Assembly (NCBI GenBank): GCA_031414955.1
Contig: JANOQV010000159.1
Span: 24,112-88,111 of the forward strand
Length of the DNA: 64,000 nt
Direction of reading: 5' to 3'
Source: Pedosphaera sp.
GTDB lineage: Bacteria; Verrucomicrobiota; Verrucomicrobiia; Limisphaerales; SIBH01
Below, piece by piece: positions 37,200 through 45,561 of this stretch (its first letter is position 1; each line of letters opens with the position of its first letter). Under the pieces are notes generated by a model. The model was not told the DNA's origin. It did no database searches and was given only the letters and a program-made list of their open reading frames with translations. A program made the position numbers and the translations under genes.

Positions 37200-39571
37200 G
37201 GCAGGTTCAGAACATTTGTTCGCATTGTGAACGTATCCTCCTCTCCAGGGTCGGAGTTAGGGAAAGGCCCGATGCGCTTCGTGGCCCCAACAGTGTTCGT
37301 ATCGCTAGTAGGAAAGCGGAAGAGTGCTTCGATTGGTTCGCCGGGGCGGTGAGTGATATTCAACAAAATGTGCATGAATTCATGTGCGAATGTAAAAGGC
37401 TTCTTGGCCGCATCGCTCAAGGCTGCGATCACGATGAAATTCTTGCCGTTCGGAACCTCATGCGGCGGGACATTCAAGAATGCGGGGTACGCAATAGCCA
37501 CGCCCGTAAGTACAGGTGGCGGCGGTCCTGCGAACGGGGTGATGTAGAAAACGTCCACGGTATTCGCATTGCCGCTTTTCATACTGATCAATTTCAACTC
37601 GTCCTCGTTCCATGGCGATGCAGGACCCTCTTTTCCCCACCGGAATCCATCAAGCAGCACACTCGGGAGTGGAAACCCGATTCCATTGTTCATTTGAATG
37701 GTCACGTTCAAGCGAAAGGTCGATTGAGCGAACCGCTGGTTGGCGATGTCCACATCTTGTTGGACGCTCGCTTCGGTGACCGAGGGCTCCTTGGTCGAGT
37801 AGGTAATATCCGCACCACTGGCATGAGCGGCGGCAGTGCTCCCATCCACCCCTCGTGTGCATCCAGTGAGCACCACACCTGACGCCGATACGCCTGTGTA
37901 TTGGATGAATTCGCTGCCGATCTTTACCCATCCAGACGGTTGTGGATTTCCTGAAACCCAGACCCCATTGATGGTGGTGTCAGTCGAGCTTAGTGCGGTG
38001 ACTAGCACGCCATCCGGCCGGGGTTTGGCGAAGACCTTAGCCACCGCTGCGAGGAAACGGATTTCATGTTTCAACTGGTTTGGTCCGTTATCGGGGGTCG
38101 AGTCGTGCAGACGCCCAACCGTAGTGGTAATTTTATCTTCGCAAATGCCCGGGTTGTTGGAGTAAAGAATTTGCACAGCGTCGCTGAGTTTGCACAGGAG
38201 CGTCTGGTTTCCTTGGACGCCGTCGTCCACCGAATCGCTTACCAATCTCAGGAACTGACCGCGAAATATGTGTCCTGTCGGAGAGTTCTTTTTGTCCAGG
38301 ACGAAGGTATATTCCGTCTCGTTGATCGTAAGAATGACCGAGACGCTGGTTTTGTCACCCTGAGTATCGTCTTCGACTTCCAGGCGGAAGTTACTGGGAT
38401 CATCGCAAGTATCGGAGAAATTGACGAACCCCGGCAACCCTTCATTCGTGATGTAATTGCTCACATGAAGCGCCTCCTTTTCGAGATCGATTGCCGTGTT
38501 ATCGTTCTTCAGAATTCTTAAGGTCGCTAAGCAGGATGGCGGGCTATTTCCGCCAGAACTAGAACTCGCTTTGCTCATGCTCGATAAGCTCGAAGAACTG
38601 TCAGGCGGCAAACCTGACTGACTGCTCGAACTTGAACTGGACGAGCTTTTTGAACTGGATCTGGATGAACTGCTCGATTTTGACGAACTGGAACTCGAAG
38701 ACTGTGAGGACGAGCTTTGCGAAGAGGAGTTAACCGAACTGGATGACTGCAAGGATGGCGATTGGCTGCTCGAACAGCTCTGCGACGAGGATGACAGGCT
38801 GCTGGAACTTTGGTTTGAACTGCTCTGCGAGGATGAAGACTGACTGCTTGAACTCTGCGAATTCGATGACTGTGAAGAGGAACTTGGGGACGATGAACTA
38901 ACCGAACTGGAGGAATGCGAGAATGACGATTGGCTGCTTGAACTCTGTGAAGTGGACGGCTGTGAGGACGAGCTTTGGGAGCAGGAGCTACTGCTCGGCG
39001 AGGACGACGACATGCCGCTCGAACTCAAGCTGGAGGAGCTGGGCGAGGCGGAGGACTCGCTGCTCAGACTCGACGAACTAGTATCGGATGATGAGCTGGT
39101 GTCGGATGAAGAACTCAAGCTGGAGGAACTCCGCGAACTCCGCGAACTCCGGGAACTGCGTGAACTCTTGGAACTCGAGGATGCCGAAGGCGAGGACGAG
39201 CTTTGCGAACTGGATAGGCTGCTCAATGAAGATGAACTGATCGAACTCGCGGAACTGGGAGAACTGCTGCTCGGTGAGGCGCTGCTCACCGAGGATGATG
39301 ATGCCGAAGACTCAGATGAAGAACTCGAGAGCAAGGAGGAACTGGTGGATGACCCACTGCTCTCCGAACTGCTTGGACCCGAACTGCTGGATGAAGGGGG
39401 CGGCACGTCACTGCTGGAGGACGATGACGGCGGCGGGGGCACATCGCTGCTCGAAGATGAGGAGGGCGGCGGTGGTGGTGGCGGCGTGCTGCTGCTCGAT
39501 GAAGGTGGCGGCGGTGTGCTGGACGATGAAGATTCAACGATGATGGGTGAACTGGAGCTGGAGTCAGGCAT
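37196..39571 (-). CDS. Poly-serine protein with phage-tail-like motif and C-terminal HExxH metallopeptidase-like domain
   Basis: About 340 aa S/P/Q-rich N-terminus using mixed TCN/AGY codons; KIGSEFIQYTG...LTGCTRGVDGSTAAAHASGA; TFAHEFMHILLNITH; no signal peptide. Confidence 0.8.
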   Translation of the reverse strand: MPDSSSSSPIIVESSSSSTPPPPSSSSSTPPPPPPPSSSSSSDVPPPPSSSSSSDVPPPSSSSSGPSSSESSGSSTSSSLLSSSSSESSASSSSVSSASPSSSSPSSASSISSSSLSSLSSSQSSSSPSASSSSKSSRSSRSSRSSRSSSSLSSSSDTSSSSDTSSSSLSSESSASPSSSSLSSSGMSSSSPSSSSCSQSSSSQPSTSQSSSSQSSFSHSSSSVSSSSPSSSSQSSNSQSSSSQSSSSQSSSNQSSSSLSSSSQSCSSSQSPSLQSSSSVNSSSQSSSSQSSSSSSSKSSSSSRSSSKSSSSSSSSSQSGLPPDSSSSLSSMSKASSSSGGNSPPSCLATLRILKNDNTAIDLEKEALHVSNYITNEGLPGFVNFSDTCDDPSNFRLEVEDDTQGDKTSVSVILTINETEYTFVLDKKNSPTGHIFRGQFLRLVSDSVDDGVQGNQTLLCKLSDAVQILYSNNPGICEDKITTTVGRLHDSTPDNGPNQLKHEIRFLAAVAKVFAKPRPDGVLVTALSSTDTTINGVWVSGNPQPSGWVKIGSEFIQYTGVSASGVVLTGCTRGVDGSTAAAHASGADITYSTKEPSVTEASVQQDVDIANQRFAQSTFRLNVTIQMNNGIGFPLPSVLLDGFRWGKEGPASPWNEDELKLISMKSGNANTVDVFYITPFAGPPPPVLTGVAIAYPAFLNVPPHEVPNGKNFIVIAALSDAAKKPFTFAHEFMHILLNITHRPGEPIEALFRFPTSDTNTVGATKRIGPFPNSDPGEEDTFTMRTNVLNLP

Positions 39572-39643
39572 AACAGGTTGAGGTCGATGAATTCATCCAG
39601 CGGGATTTTGCGGTGGCGACAGCAGTGATGGCTTTTGCAGTAA

Positions 39644-40381
39644 TCAGCCTTTGAACTTGCTGTTGGCGGGCAGCTTGAATTCTACGCGCACGGCGGCATT
39701 AGCCGGGTTTCCGTGCGGCCACTCGGCATCGGCGGCGAGTTGAATGGCAATCCGAGTGTCGGTGATGGCTTTGACCATCGTTTTCAAGGTGCTGCGTCCA
39801 CCAGTCGCGCCGCTCTGCGCGCCGCTCTGGGTTTCTTCCACTCCGGTATAGGCCGTGAGCGCCTCGCTGGCGGTGTTGAGTTTGTCCGGCGTGATACCTG
39901 GCAGGGCATCGGTTCCGGCCTTGGCAATGATTTGCCCGCTGACTTGCTCCAGGCGCGCGCGGTTCTGGTCAATGCGCACGCCAATGTAATAGTCCTGCAA
40001 GCGGTTCTTGTCGGTGCGGCCAAATTTCTGTTTCGCGGCGGTTTGAATTTCGTCCAGCCGGGCAATGAGCTGTTTCTTCAGGATCTCCTCGGTGCCGGTG
40101 ACACCCTCCTTGCCGGTGGTGGCCTGGGTGGCCTCAGCGCTCTTGGCCCGGGCCTGTTGGATGGCGACGAGCGTATCAGAAACGAGTTGGGCGGAAATCT
40201 CCCGCGCGGCCAGTGTGGGTCCATACTCCGGCTTTTGCACCTTCAGGCAAATCTGTTCGCTCTTGTGGAGTTCGTCGAGAATCGCCTGATTGGGGAGTGG
40301 AGTGCTGCTTTTGCGACCACCGCCGCTGCCCGGGGCGGAAGAACTGGAAGCGCTGGATGAACTGGATACGGGATCAGGCAT
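39644..40381 (-). CDS. Hypothetical alpha-helical protein with Ser-rich N-terminus
   Basis: 245 aa, MPDPVSSSSSASSSS start, A/K/Q/E/T-rich helical body; first gene of the cassette. Confidence 0.75.
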   Translation of the reverse strand: MPDPVSSSSSASSSSAPGSGGGRKSSTPLPNQAILDELHKSEQICLKVQKPEYGPTLAAREISAQLVSDTLVAIQQARAKSAEATQATTGKEGVTGTEEILKKQLIARLDEIQTAAKQKFGRTDKNRLQDYYIGVRIDQNRARLEQVSGQIIAKAGTDALPGITPDKLNTASEALTAYTGVEETQSGAQSGATGGRSTLKTMVKAITDTRIAIQLAADAEWPHGNPANAAVRVEFKLPANSKFKG

Positions 40382-40487
40382 AGTTTTTTATTTTTTCCGG
40401 GCGGGGCCACGCTTTTCTCACAGTCATGTTCGCGAGTTAATGTCGTGGCGCTACTCGGCAGATTTTTTTTGCTGGCGGCATCTTGTA

Positions 40488-40499
40488 CCCCCCCCCCCC
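40488..40499 (-). promoter_or_regulatory. G12 homopolymer in the leader of the Ser-rich cassette (possible slippage site)
   Basis: 12 consecutive C on +, about 107 nt upstream of ATG 40381; T8 run at 40463-40470. Confidence 0.45.
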
Positions 40500-40778
40500 A
40501 GCGCTTCTTCAACGGGAATGTTGTAAAACTTCTGCACCGGTTGTTCACCGGGCGGGCGGGAGGGGTGCGATTAAAAGTGCAGGCCGAAGTAGCGCCGAGT
40601 TGCACTCGGCAAGCCGCCCAAATTTGGTGCGGCGTTGGTAAGAACGGACCATCTGCGGATCACAAATCCGCGATACAGCAGATTGAAAATCTGCGCTACG
40701 AATGCGCTCACGACCCGCACTATTAATCGCACCCTACCGTGAGGTTGTGTTGGACCACGACACTGGAAAGTGTCGCCA

Positions 40779-40804
40779 CCTGCCGGCTAGAAAGCCGGCG
40801 CTAC
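40779..40804. repeat. GTAG-type REP-like palindrome, inverted copy
   Basis: Reverse complement of 13416-13441 with one mismatch. Confidence 0.7.
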
Positions 40805-41040
40805 CCGCAGCGATAGCTCCGGTTCATTGACTGGTGCATTGCGGAGCTGTGAGCCCATGCTGTCTGGTAGCAATCGGGCCATGAACAGGGAAATCCATCG
40901 CGCCGGGTCGGAGACCGGCGCTCCGATTCCGGCTGTGCCGCTGCGCTCTCGCCGTTCAGAGTCTCGTTACTTCGTCTGCTACAAGGCCCAAAACGGGCCT
41001 GCAACAGGCCGATCTTCATAAAACACATGGTTGCAAGCTA

Positions 41041-41271
41041 TTGCGGTGTGTTTTTGGCACGCTGCGGAATGATTTTGCGCCGTTGCGGGGTGTTTTCCTC
41101 GTTCCGCGCCATGATTTTGGCGTGCTGCGAGGTGTTTTTGCGGCTTGGTGGCGTGCCATCGGCCTTCTGCGGCATGGCATCGGGATCTTGCGGAGTGTTT
41201 TCTGAATCTTGCGGGCGATCTTCAGACAGCCGCGGAACACTTCCGGTGCATTGCGAGAGGCATTTGCCGGC
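41041..41271. repeat. Degenerate 21-bp tandem array, about 11 units
   Basis: Units start every 21 nt from 41041 with consensus YTGCGGnnTGTTTT (e.g. TTGCGGTGTGTTTTTGGCACG, CTGCGGAATGATTTTGCGCCG, TTGCGGAGTGTTTTCTGAATC). Confidence 0.75.
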
Positions 41272-41285
41272 CGGGCAAAACCCAA

Positions 41286-42476
41286 TTACTTCTCGGCCAG
41301 CAACTGCTCCACCTTGGCGGCCATGGAGTCGCCGCCGTTCAGGTCGCGGAGCACGCCCTTCTTGTCCACCAGCCACACGGTCGGCACGGAACTGATCTCG
41401 AAGCTCACGGCAAACTTGTTCTCCCAGCCAAGCCCGTCGAAGTATTGCGGCCAGGTCATTTTCTCGTCCGCGATCAGTTTCGTGAGGTCGCTCTTATCCT
41501 TGTCCAGGCTGATGCCAAGAATTTCGAAGCCCTTGCCATGCAGTCTGGTGTAGGTCTCCTTCACCTCGGGCAAGGCCGCTCGGCAGGGCGGACACCACGT
41601 CGCCCAGAAATCAACCAGCATGACCTGACCCGCCAGCTTCTTCGTGCCGGTGGCCTGGCCTGCGAGATCGTTGAAACTTACGTCGATGGGCTTGCCGAGG
41701 CGGCCCAGCATTTTGAGCTGGGCGGTCGCCTGTTCCTTGAAGTCGCCCTGGCCGTTCCTGGCCACGTCCGCGATGATGGCTTTGCCTTTCTTAAATGGCT
41801 CGGATTCCGCGAAGCCCTTGCCCTCGGGCACGGTTTGCAACTGGCTCGAGCTCATGTACCCGCGCGCGATCATCATCCACAACTCGAAGGACTCCTCCCG
41901 CTTGGGGAATTCCGTCTGCAGGGCGCGAGTTTGCTTCTCCGCCTGAGCAAGGATGGCCACGCGCTCTGGACTGGCTTTCGCCGTAAGAACATCCATCACG
42001 GCCTTTAAGATGCGCTGGGCACGGAGATCAAATTTCTCCTCGGCCGGAGTCGTGGGATCCTTCAGGCGTGCGTCCGTCAGCTCATCCAGCCGCGTCTGCT
42101 TGTTGGTGTTGCCCAACTCAATGGACACGGTGAGTAATTTCACTTCGAGTTTGCGCGCATCAGTTGCCTTCTCGTGCTTGGGAAATTTGAGGTAAAACTG
42201 CTGCGCACGATCAGCGGCCAAGCCGGCCAGCACGCCGTTCTTGGTTTCCCACGCCGCAATCTCCTCCTTGGAAGGCTCCTTCGCCTGCCATTCAGCGGGT
42301 GGGTTCGGCGCGCGCATGGCTTTGAGGACTTCGGCCCACGCGTCATCGCCGGCGTCATCCTTGGCGGCAACCGGGTCTTTCTTTTCCCCCGGCTTGTCAT
42401 CCGCCGCAAACGTCAAGGCGACGATACAGGCCGCCACGATCACTCCGAACCGCCACAAACCGTATTTCATGTTCAT
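41286..42476 (-). CDS. Exported TlpA/ResA-family thiol-disulfide oxidoreductase
   Basis: Signal peptide, helical N-domain, LVDFWATWCPPC, GISLD, VPTVWLVDKKG. Confidence 0.9.
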   Translation of the reverse strand: MNMKYGLWRFGVIVAACIVALTFAADDKPGEKKDPVAAKDDAGDDAWAEVLKAMRAPNPPAEWQAKEPSKEEIAAWETKNGVLAGLAADRAQQFYLKFPKHEKATDARKLEVKLLTVSIELGNTNKQTRLDELTDARLKDPTTPAEEKFDLRAQRILKAVMDVLTAKASPERVAILAQAEKQTRALQTEFPKREESFELWMMIARGYMSSSQLQTVPEGKGFAESEPFKKGKAIIADVARNGQGDFKEQATAQLKMLGRLGKPIDVSFNDLAGQATGTKKLAGQVMLVDFWATWCPPCRAALPEVKETYTRLHGKGFEILGISLDKDKSDLTKLIADEKMTWPQYFDGLGWENKFAVSFEISSVPTVWLVDKKGVLRDLNGGDSMAAKVEQLLAEK

Positions 42477-42635
42477 CCTCTGTTAATTGCTTTCCCCTGG
42501 AGTTGAGACCAGTTGCAGGATCCAGCTCAAGTCCAAGCCTGTTTTGCGCTAATCGAGACGAGCGCCTTGTTGGGCAAATTCAAGCAACGCCCCGCCGGAA
42601 TCAAGGTCGGCAGATCAAGGAAACTGCCCCATACT

Positions 42636-43847
42636 TTATTTAGTGGCGACTTGAGACGCATCCACTGCGGCGCGCACTTGCTCCCGAAACTTCTCCATAC
42701 CCTGATCAAATGCGGCGGAGATGGGCAGCACCGTGGTTTTCTTTACACGGCGCTTGAAAGTCTTGAGGTTGTCCTCGGCCTGCGGTTCATCCATCTTGTT
42801 CGCCACCACTAGCCGCGGCTTCTCTACCAGGGCCGGATCGTAATGTTCCAACTCGCTGAGTAATTGCCTGTAGTCGTCCCAAGGCGTACGTCCATCGGTC
42901 CCGGCCATGTCGAGCAGGAGCACGAGAATCTTGCAGCGCTGGATGTGGCGTAGGAACGCATGCCCCAGGCCGACGTTATTGTGCGCGCCCTCGATCAGCC
43001 CCGGCACGTCGCAGACCACGACGCGGCGGAAATCGGGGAATTCCATGATGCCGATCTGTGGATGCAACGTCGTGAATGGATACGAGGCAATCTTCGGTCG
43101 CGCCTTCGAGATCGCGGTGAGCAACGTGGACTTGCCCGCGTTCGGATAACCCACCAACCCGACCTCGGCGATGATGCGCAGTTCGAAGAGGTATTCGCCC
43201 TCATCGCCCGCCTCGCCCGGTTGGGCGAAACGCGGCGTCTGCCGCACCGAGGTGGCGAAGTTCCGGTTGCCCAATCCGCCCCGACCCGCTTTGCACAAGA
43301 TAAAGCGCTGACCGTTCTCGGTCAGGTCGGCGACCAGTTCGCCTTTGCTGGCATCTTGAATCTTGGCCGGGCGGTCGTCCTCGTCCTCGAGGTTGAATTC
43401 CATGCCGCGCTCGCCGCCCGAGACACGAAAGGCCGGGCGATTGGCCGTGCTGGAGGGAATGACGGCGGGTCTGGCTTTCGCTTGAGCGGCTGCTGCTTCG
43501 GCAGCTTCGTCGTCGTCGTCGTCCTCGTCACCCTCAACTGGCTTAGTATCGCGCAACTTCCACACCAGTGTGCCGCACGGCACCTTGATCACAATGTCCT
43601 TGCCGGCGTGACCATCCATGCCTTTACCCATTCCATGATCGCCATCCTCGGCAATGAGCCGCGGGCGATAATACTGGTCGATGAGGTTGTTAAAATCGTG
43701 ACTCGCTTCCAGGATCACGTCGCCGCCGCGCCCGCCGTTGCCGCCGGACGGGCCGCCCTTGGGACGGTAGGCTTCGCGAATGAACGCGACCGCGCCTTTG
43801 CCGCCGTGACCGGCCCGCGCGTAAACTTTGATCTGGTCGATGAACAT
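42636..43847 (-). CDS. obgE: GTPase Obg
   Basis: MFIDQ...AGHGGKG, GGNGGRGG, GYPNAGKST, YPFTTL, DVPGLIEGAH, NKMD, ISA. Confidence 0.96.
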   Translation of the reverse strand: MFIDQIKVYARAGHGGKGAVAFIREAYRPKGGPSGGNGGRGGDVILEASHDFNNLIDQYYRPRLIAEDGDHGMGKGMDGHAGKDIVIKVPCGTLVWKLRDTKPVEGDEDDDDDEAAEAAAAQAKARPAVIPSSTANRPAFRVSGGERGMEFNLEDEDDRPAKIQDASKGELVADLTENGQRFILCKAGRGGLGNRNFATSVRQTPRFAQPGEAGDEGEYLFELRIIAEVGLVGYPNAGKSTLLTAISKARPKIASYPFTTLHPQIGIMEFPDFRRVVVCDVPGLIEGAHNNVGLGHAFLRHIQRCKILVLLLDMAGTDGRTPWDDYRQLLSELEHYDPALVEKPRLVVANKMDEPQAEDNLKTFKRRVKKTTVLPISAAFDQGMEKFREQVRAAVDASQVATK

Positions 43848-43935
43848 GATTGTTTCTTTGTCCCTTGCTCCTGGTCAGTTGTCAGGCCTCCCCGTCTCCT
43901 TGGCAACAACGGACGATGAAAGGGGGCCGCCGGTT

Positions 43936-43969
43936 AAAAGAAAAAGGCGAGACCTACTGGCCTCGCCTT
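43936..43969 (-). terminator. Terminator-like hairpin after rpmA
   Basis: AAGGCGAG...CTCGCCTT stem followed by TTTCTTTT on the minus strand. Confidence 0.65.
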
Positions 43970-43990
43970 CGGAATTATTTTGCGAGCGGA

Positions 43991-44254
43991 CTAATTGTTC
44001 TTCGCCGCAGCATCCGGGAGCACATTCACGCGTCGACTGTCCTTGTCGAACAGAACCTTGCCCTCTACGAGGGCGAATAGGGTCCAGTCGCGCCCGGTGC
44101 CAACATTCTGGCCGGCGATGAACTTTGTCCCGCGCTGACGCACGAGAATGCTGCCCGCCGTAACATGCTCACCGCCAAATCGCTTCACCCCGAGGCGCTT
44201 ACTGACGCTGTCGCGCCCGTTGCGAACACTGCCTTGACCTTTCTTGTGTGCCAT
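43991..44254 (-). CDS. rpmA: 50S ribosomal protein L27
   Basis: [28 protein letters not shown]. Confidence 0.99.
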   Translation of the reverse strand: MAHKKGQGSVRNGRDSVSKRLGVKRFGGEHVTAGSILVRQRGTKFIAGQNVGTGRDWTLFALVEGKVLFDKDSRRVNVLPDAAAKNN

Positions 44255-44256
44255 AA

Positions 44257-44568
44257 CTAAGCCTTAATCTCTTTAATCTTCAGCACCGTCAGTTCCTGAC
44301 GATGACCCACCGAGCGGTGGTAGCCCTTGCGCCGCCGCATCTTGAAGGCGAGCAACTTGGGGCCGCGGATGTGCTTCACCACATCAGCCACGACTGTCGC
44401 TTTGTCCACTATCGGCATTCCGACCAAAAACTTTCCTTCGTTTGCCACGAAGAGAACCCGGTCCAGAGTGACCTCCTTGCCCTCGGCGGTGTCGAGTAAT
44501 TCCACTTCAATCGTGTCGCCCGCGGCGACCCGATACTGCTTGCTGCCTGTTTCAACGACTGCGTACAT
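44257..44568 (-). CDS. rplU: 50S ribosomal protein L21
   Basis: [26 protein letters not shown]. Confidence 0.98.
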   Translation of the reverse strand: MYAVVETGSKQYRVAAGDTIEVELLDTAEGKEVTLDRVLFVANEGKFLVGMPIVDKATVVADVVKHIRGPKLLAFKMRRRKGYHRSVGHRQELTVLKIKEIKA

Positions 44569-44786
44569 AAAAGCCTTTCCCCAAAAGGGAGCGAGATAGC
44601 ATCAAAGCCCGATGCCCGTGTCAACAACCTATTTCCGTTTTGTGACGGGCTTACGTCTGAAGGGGGGGCGCGCGGCGAAGGGCACGCCCTGGCCCGGTCT
44701 GGATAAGGCTCGCCTATCCTCGCTCTTGAAGTCGCCCAATCGTAATTCGTGTGTCACAGATTCGTCGCACGACTTTGCGATGTTGA

Positions 44787-45317
44787 GTGCAAATGAAGGA
44801 GACAATAACATTGGAAAGGCCAATGATGACCGGAATGGAAGAGGAGTTTTCGATTCCGATCGACCTGAGTGTGTGGGTGCCAGCCGCCCTGTTGAGCGAT
44901 TGGATTATGTCCAACGTGGCCACCTTGGACTGGACCAATGCTGCTCTGATGGACCTGCTTCGCAAAAACCCCGACTTCGAGCCCAAGGCCTTGCTGAATA
45001 CGATGACCTTGGCCTACACCCTCGGGGTTTTTCCATCGGATGAGATTGCCCGCCGGTGTTCGGAGGATTCCGAGTTTCGGAGCGTTCGTCCAAAGTTGCC
45101 CCCGTTGGCGGGCGATATTAAGCGGTTTCGCAAGGAAAACACCGGTTTGTTCAAGTGGACGTTGATGAACGCCCTCACGCTCGCCTTGAAGACGCGGTTC
45201 AACGAGGGAGAGAAGATCGAGAACCTGCCGGCGGGCCTCCGGCGCTATCTCATCCTGAACGCAACCGAACGCCTCGACATCGCGCGCCACCTGGATCGCG
45301 GTTCTGAACTGCTGTGA
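44787..45317 (+). CDS. Stand-alone protein resembling the DUF772 (IS1182/IS5 transposase N-terminal) domain
   Basis: FEPKALL...LAYTLGVFPSDEIARRC..D..F...P....IKRFRKEN; no DDE domain; start uncertain. Confidence 0.6.
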   Translation: MQMKETITLERPMMTGMEEEFSIPIDLSVWVPAALLSDWIMSNVATLDWTNAALMDLLRKNPDFEPKALLNTMTLAYTLGVFPSDEIARRCSEDSEFRSVRPKLPPLAGDIKRFRKENTGLFKWTLMNALTLALKTRFNEGEKIENLPAGLRRYLILNATERLDIARHLDRGSELL

Positions 45318-45499
45318 TGGGCAGGTGCCGGACACAGATCTTAACCTCCCGTCTCCGAGAGAGCGGAGCGGCAGCCTTGCGAAGAGTGCGCAGTCTTGGA
45401 GATAGCCTCAGCAGGGTCTTCGTTTCAGGTTCCCTGCGGTCAGGACCATCCGCCCCGCCCCTTTGACCACTGCCTTGGTCAGTGGGTTTCGTCGCCAGA

Positions 45500-45539
45500 T
45501 TGTAACAAACGCGCCCCCGAGTTGTCACCTGGCCGTCAT
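45500..45539 (+). promoter_or_regulatory. Pho box (PhoB-binding direct repeats)
   Basis: TTGTAAC (45500), TTGTCAC (45522), CCGTCAT (45533): CTGTCAT-like heptamers on an 11-bp register, 22 nt before phoU. Confidence 0.75.
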
Positions 45540-45561
45540 ACAAGACTCTCCAGTGAAAGCG

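Noticed and set aside
38952..39581. E/L/D-rich plus-strand ORF
   Set aside because: Reverse-complement reading of the serine codons of the poly-Ser gene
33197..40381. Prophage or complete secretion system
   Set aside because: No integrase, capsid, terminase, VgrG, PAAR, Rhs or secretion apparatus genes; only one short tail-like motif
41041..41271. Possible CRISPR array (also considered for the heptamer elements)
   Set aside because: Units are contiguous and degenerate with no unique spacers, and no cas genes are present
44787..45317. Active insertion sequence
   Set aside because: No DDE domain, terminal inverted repeats or target duplication seen
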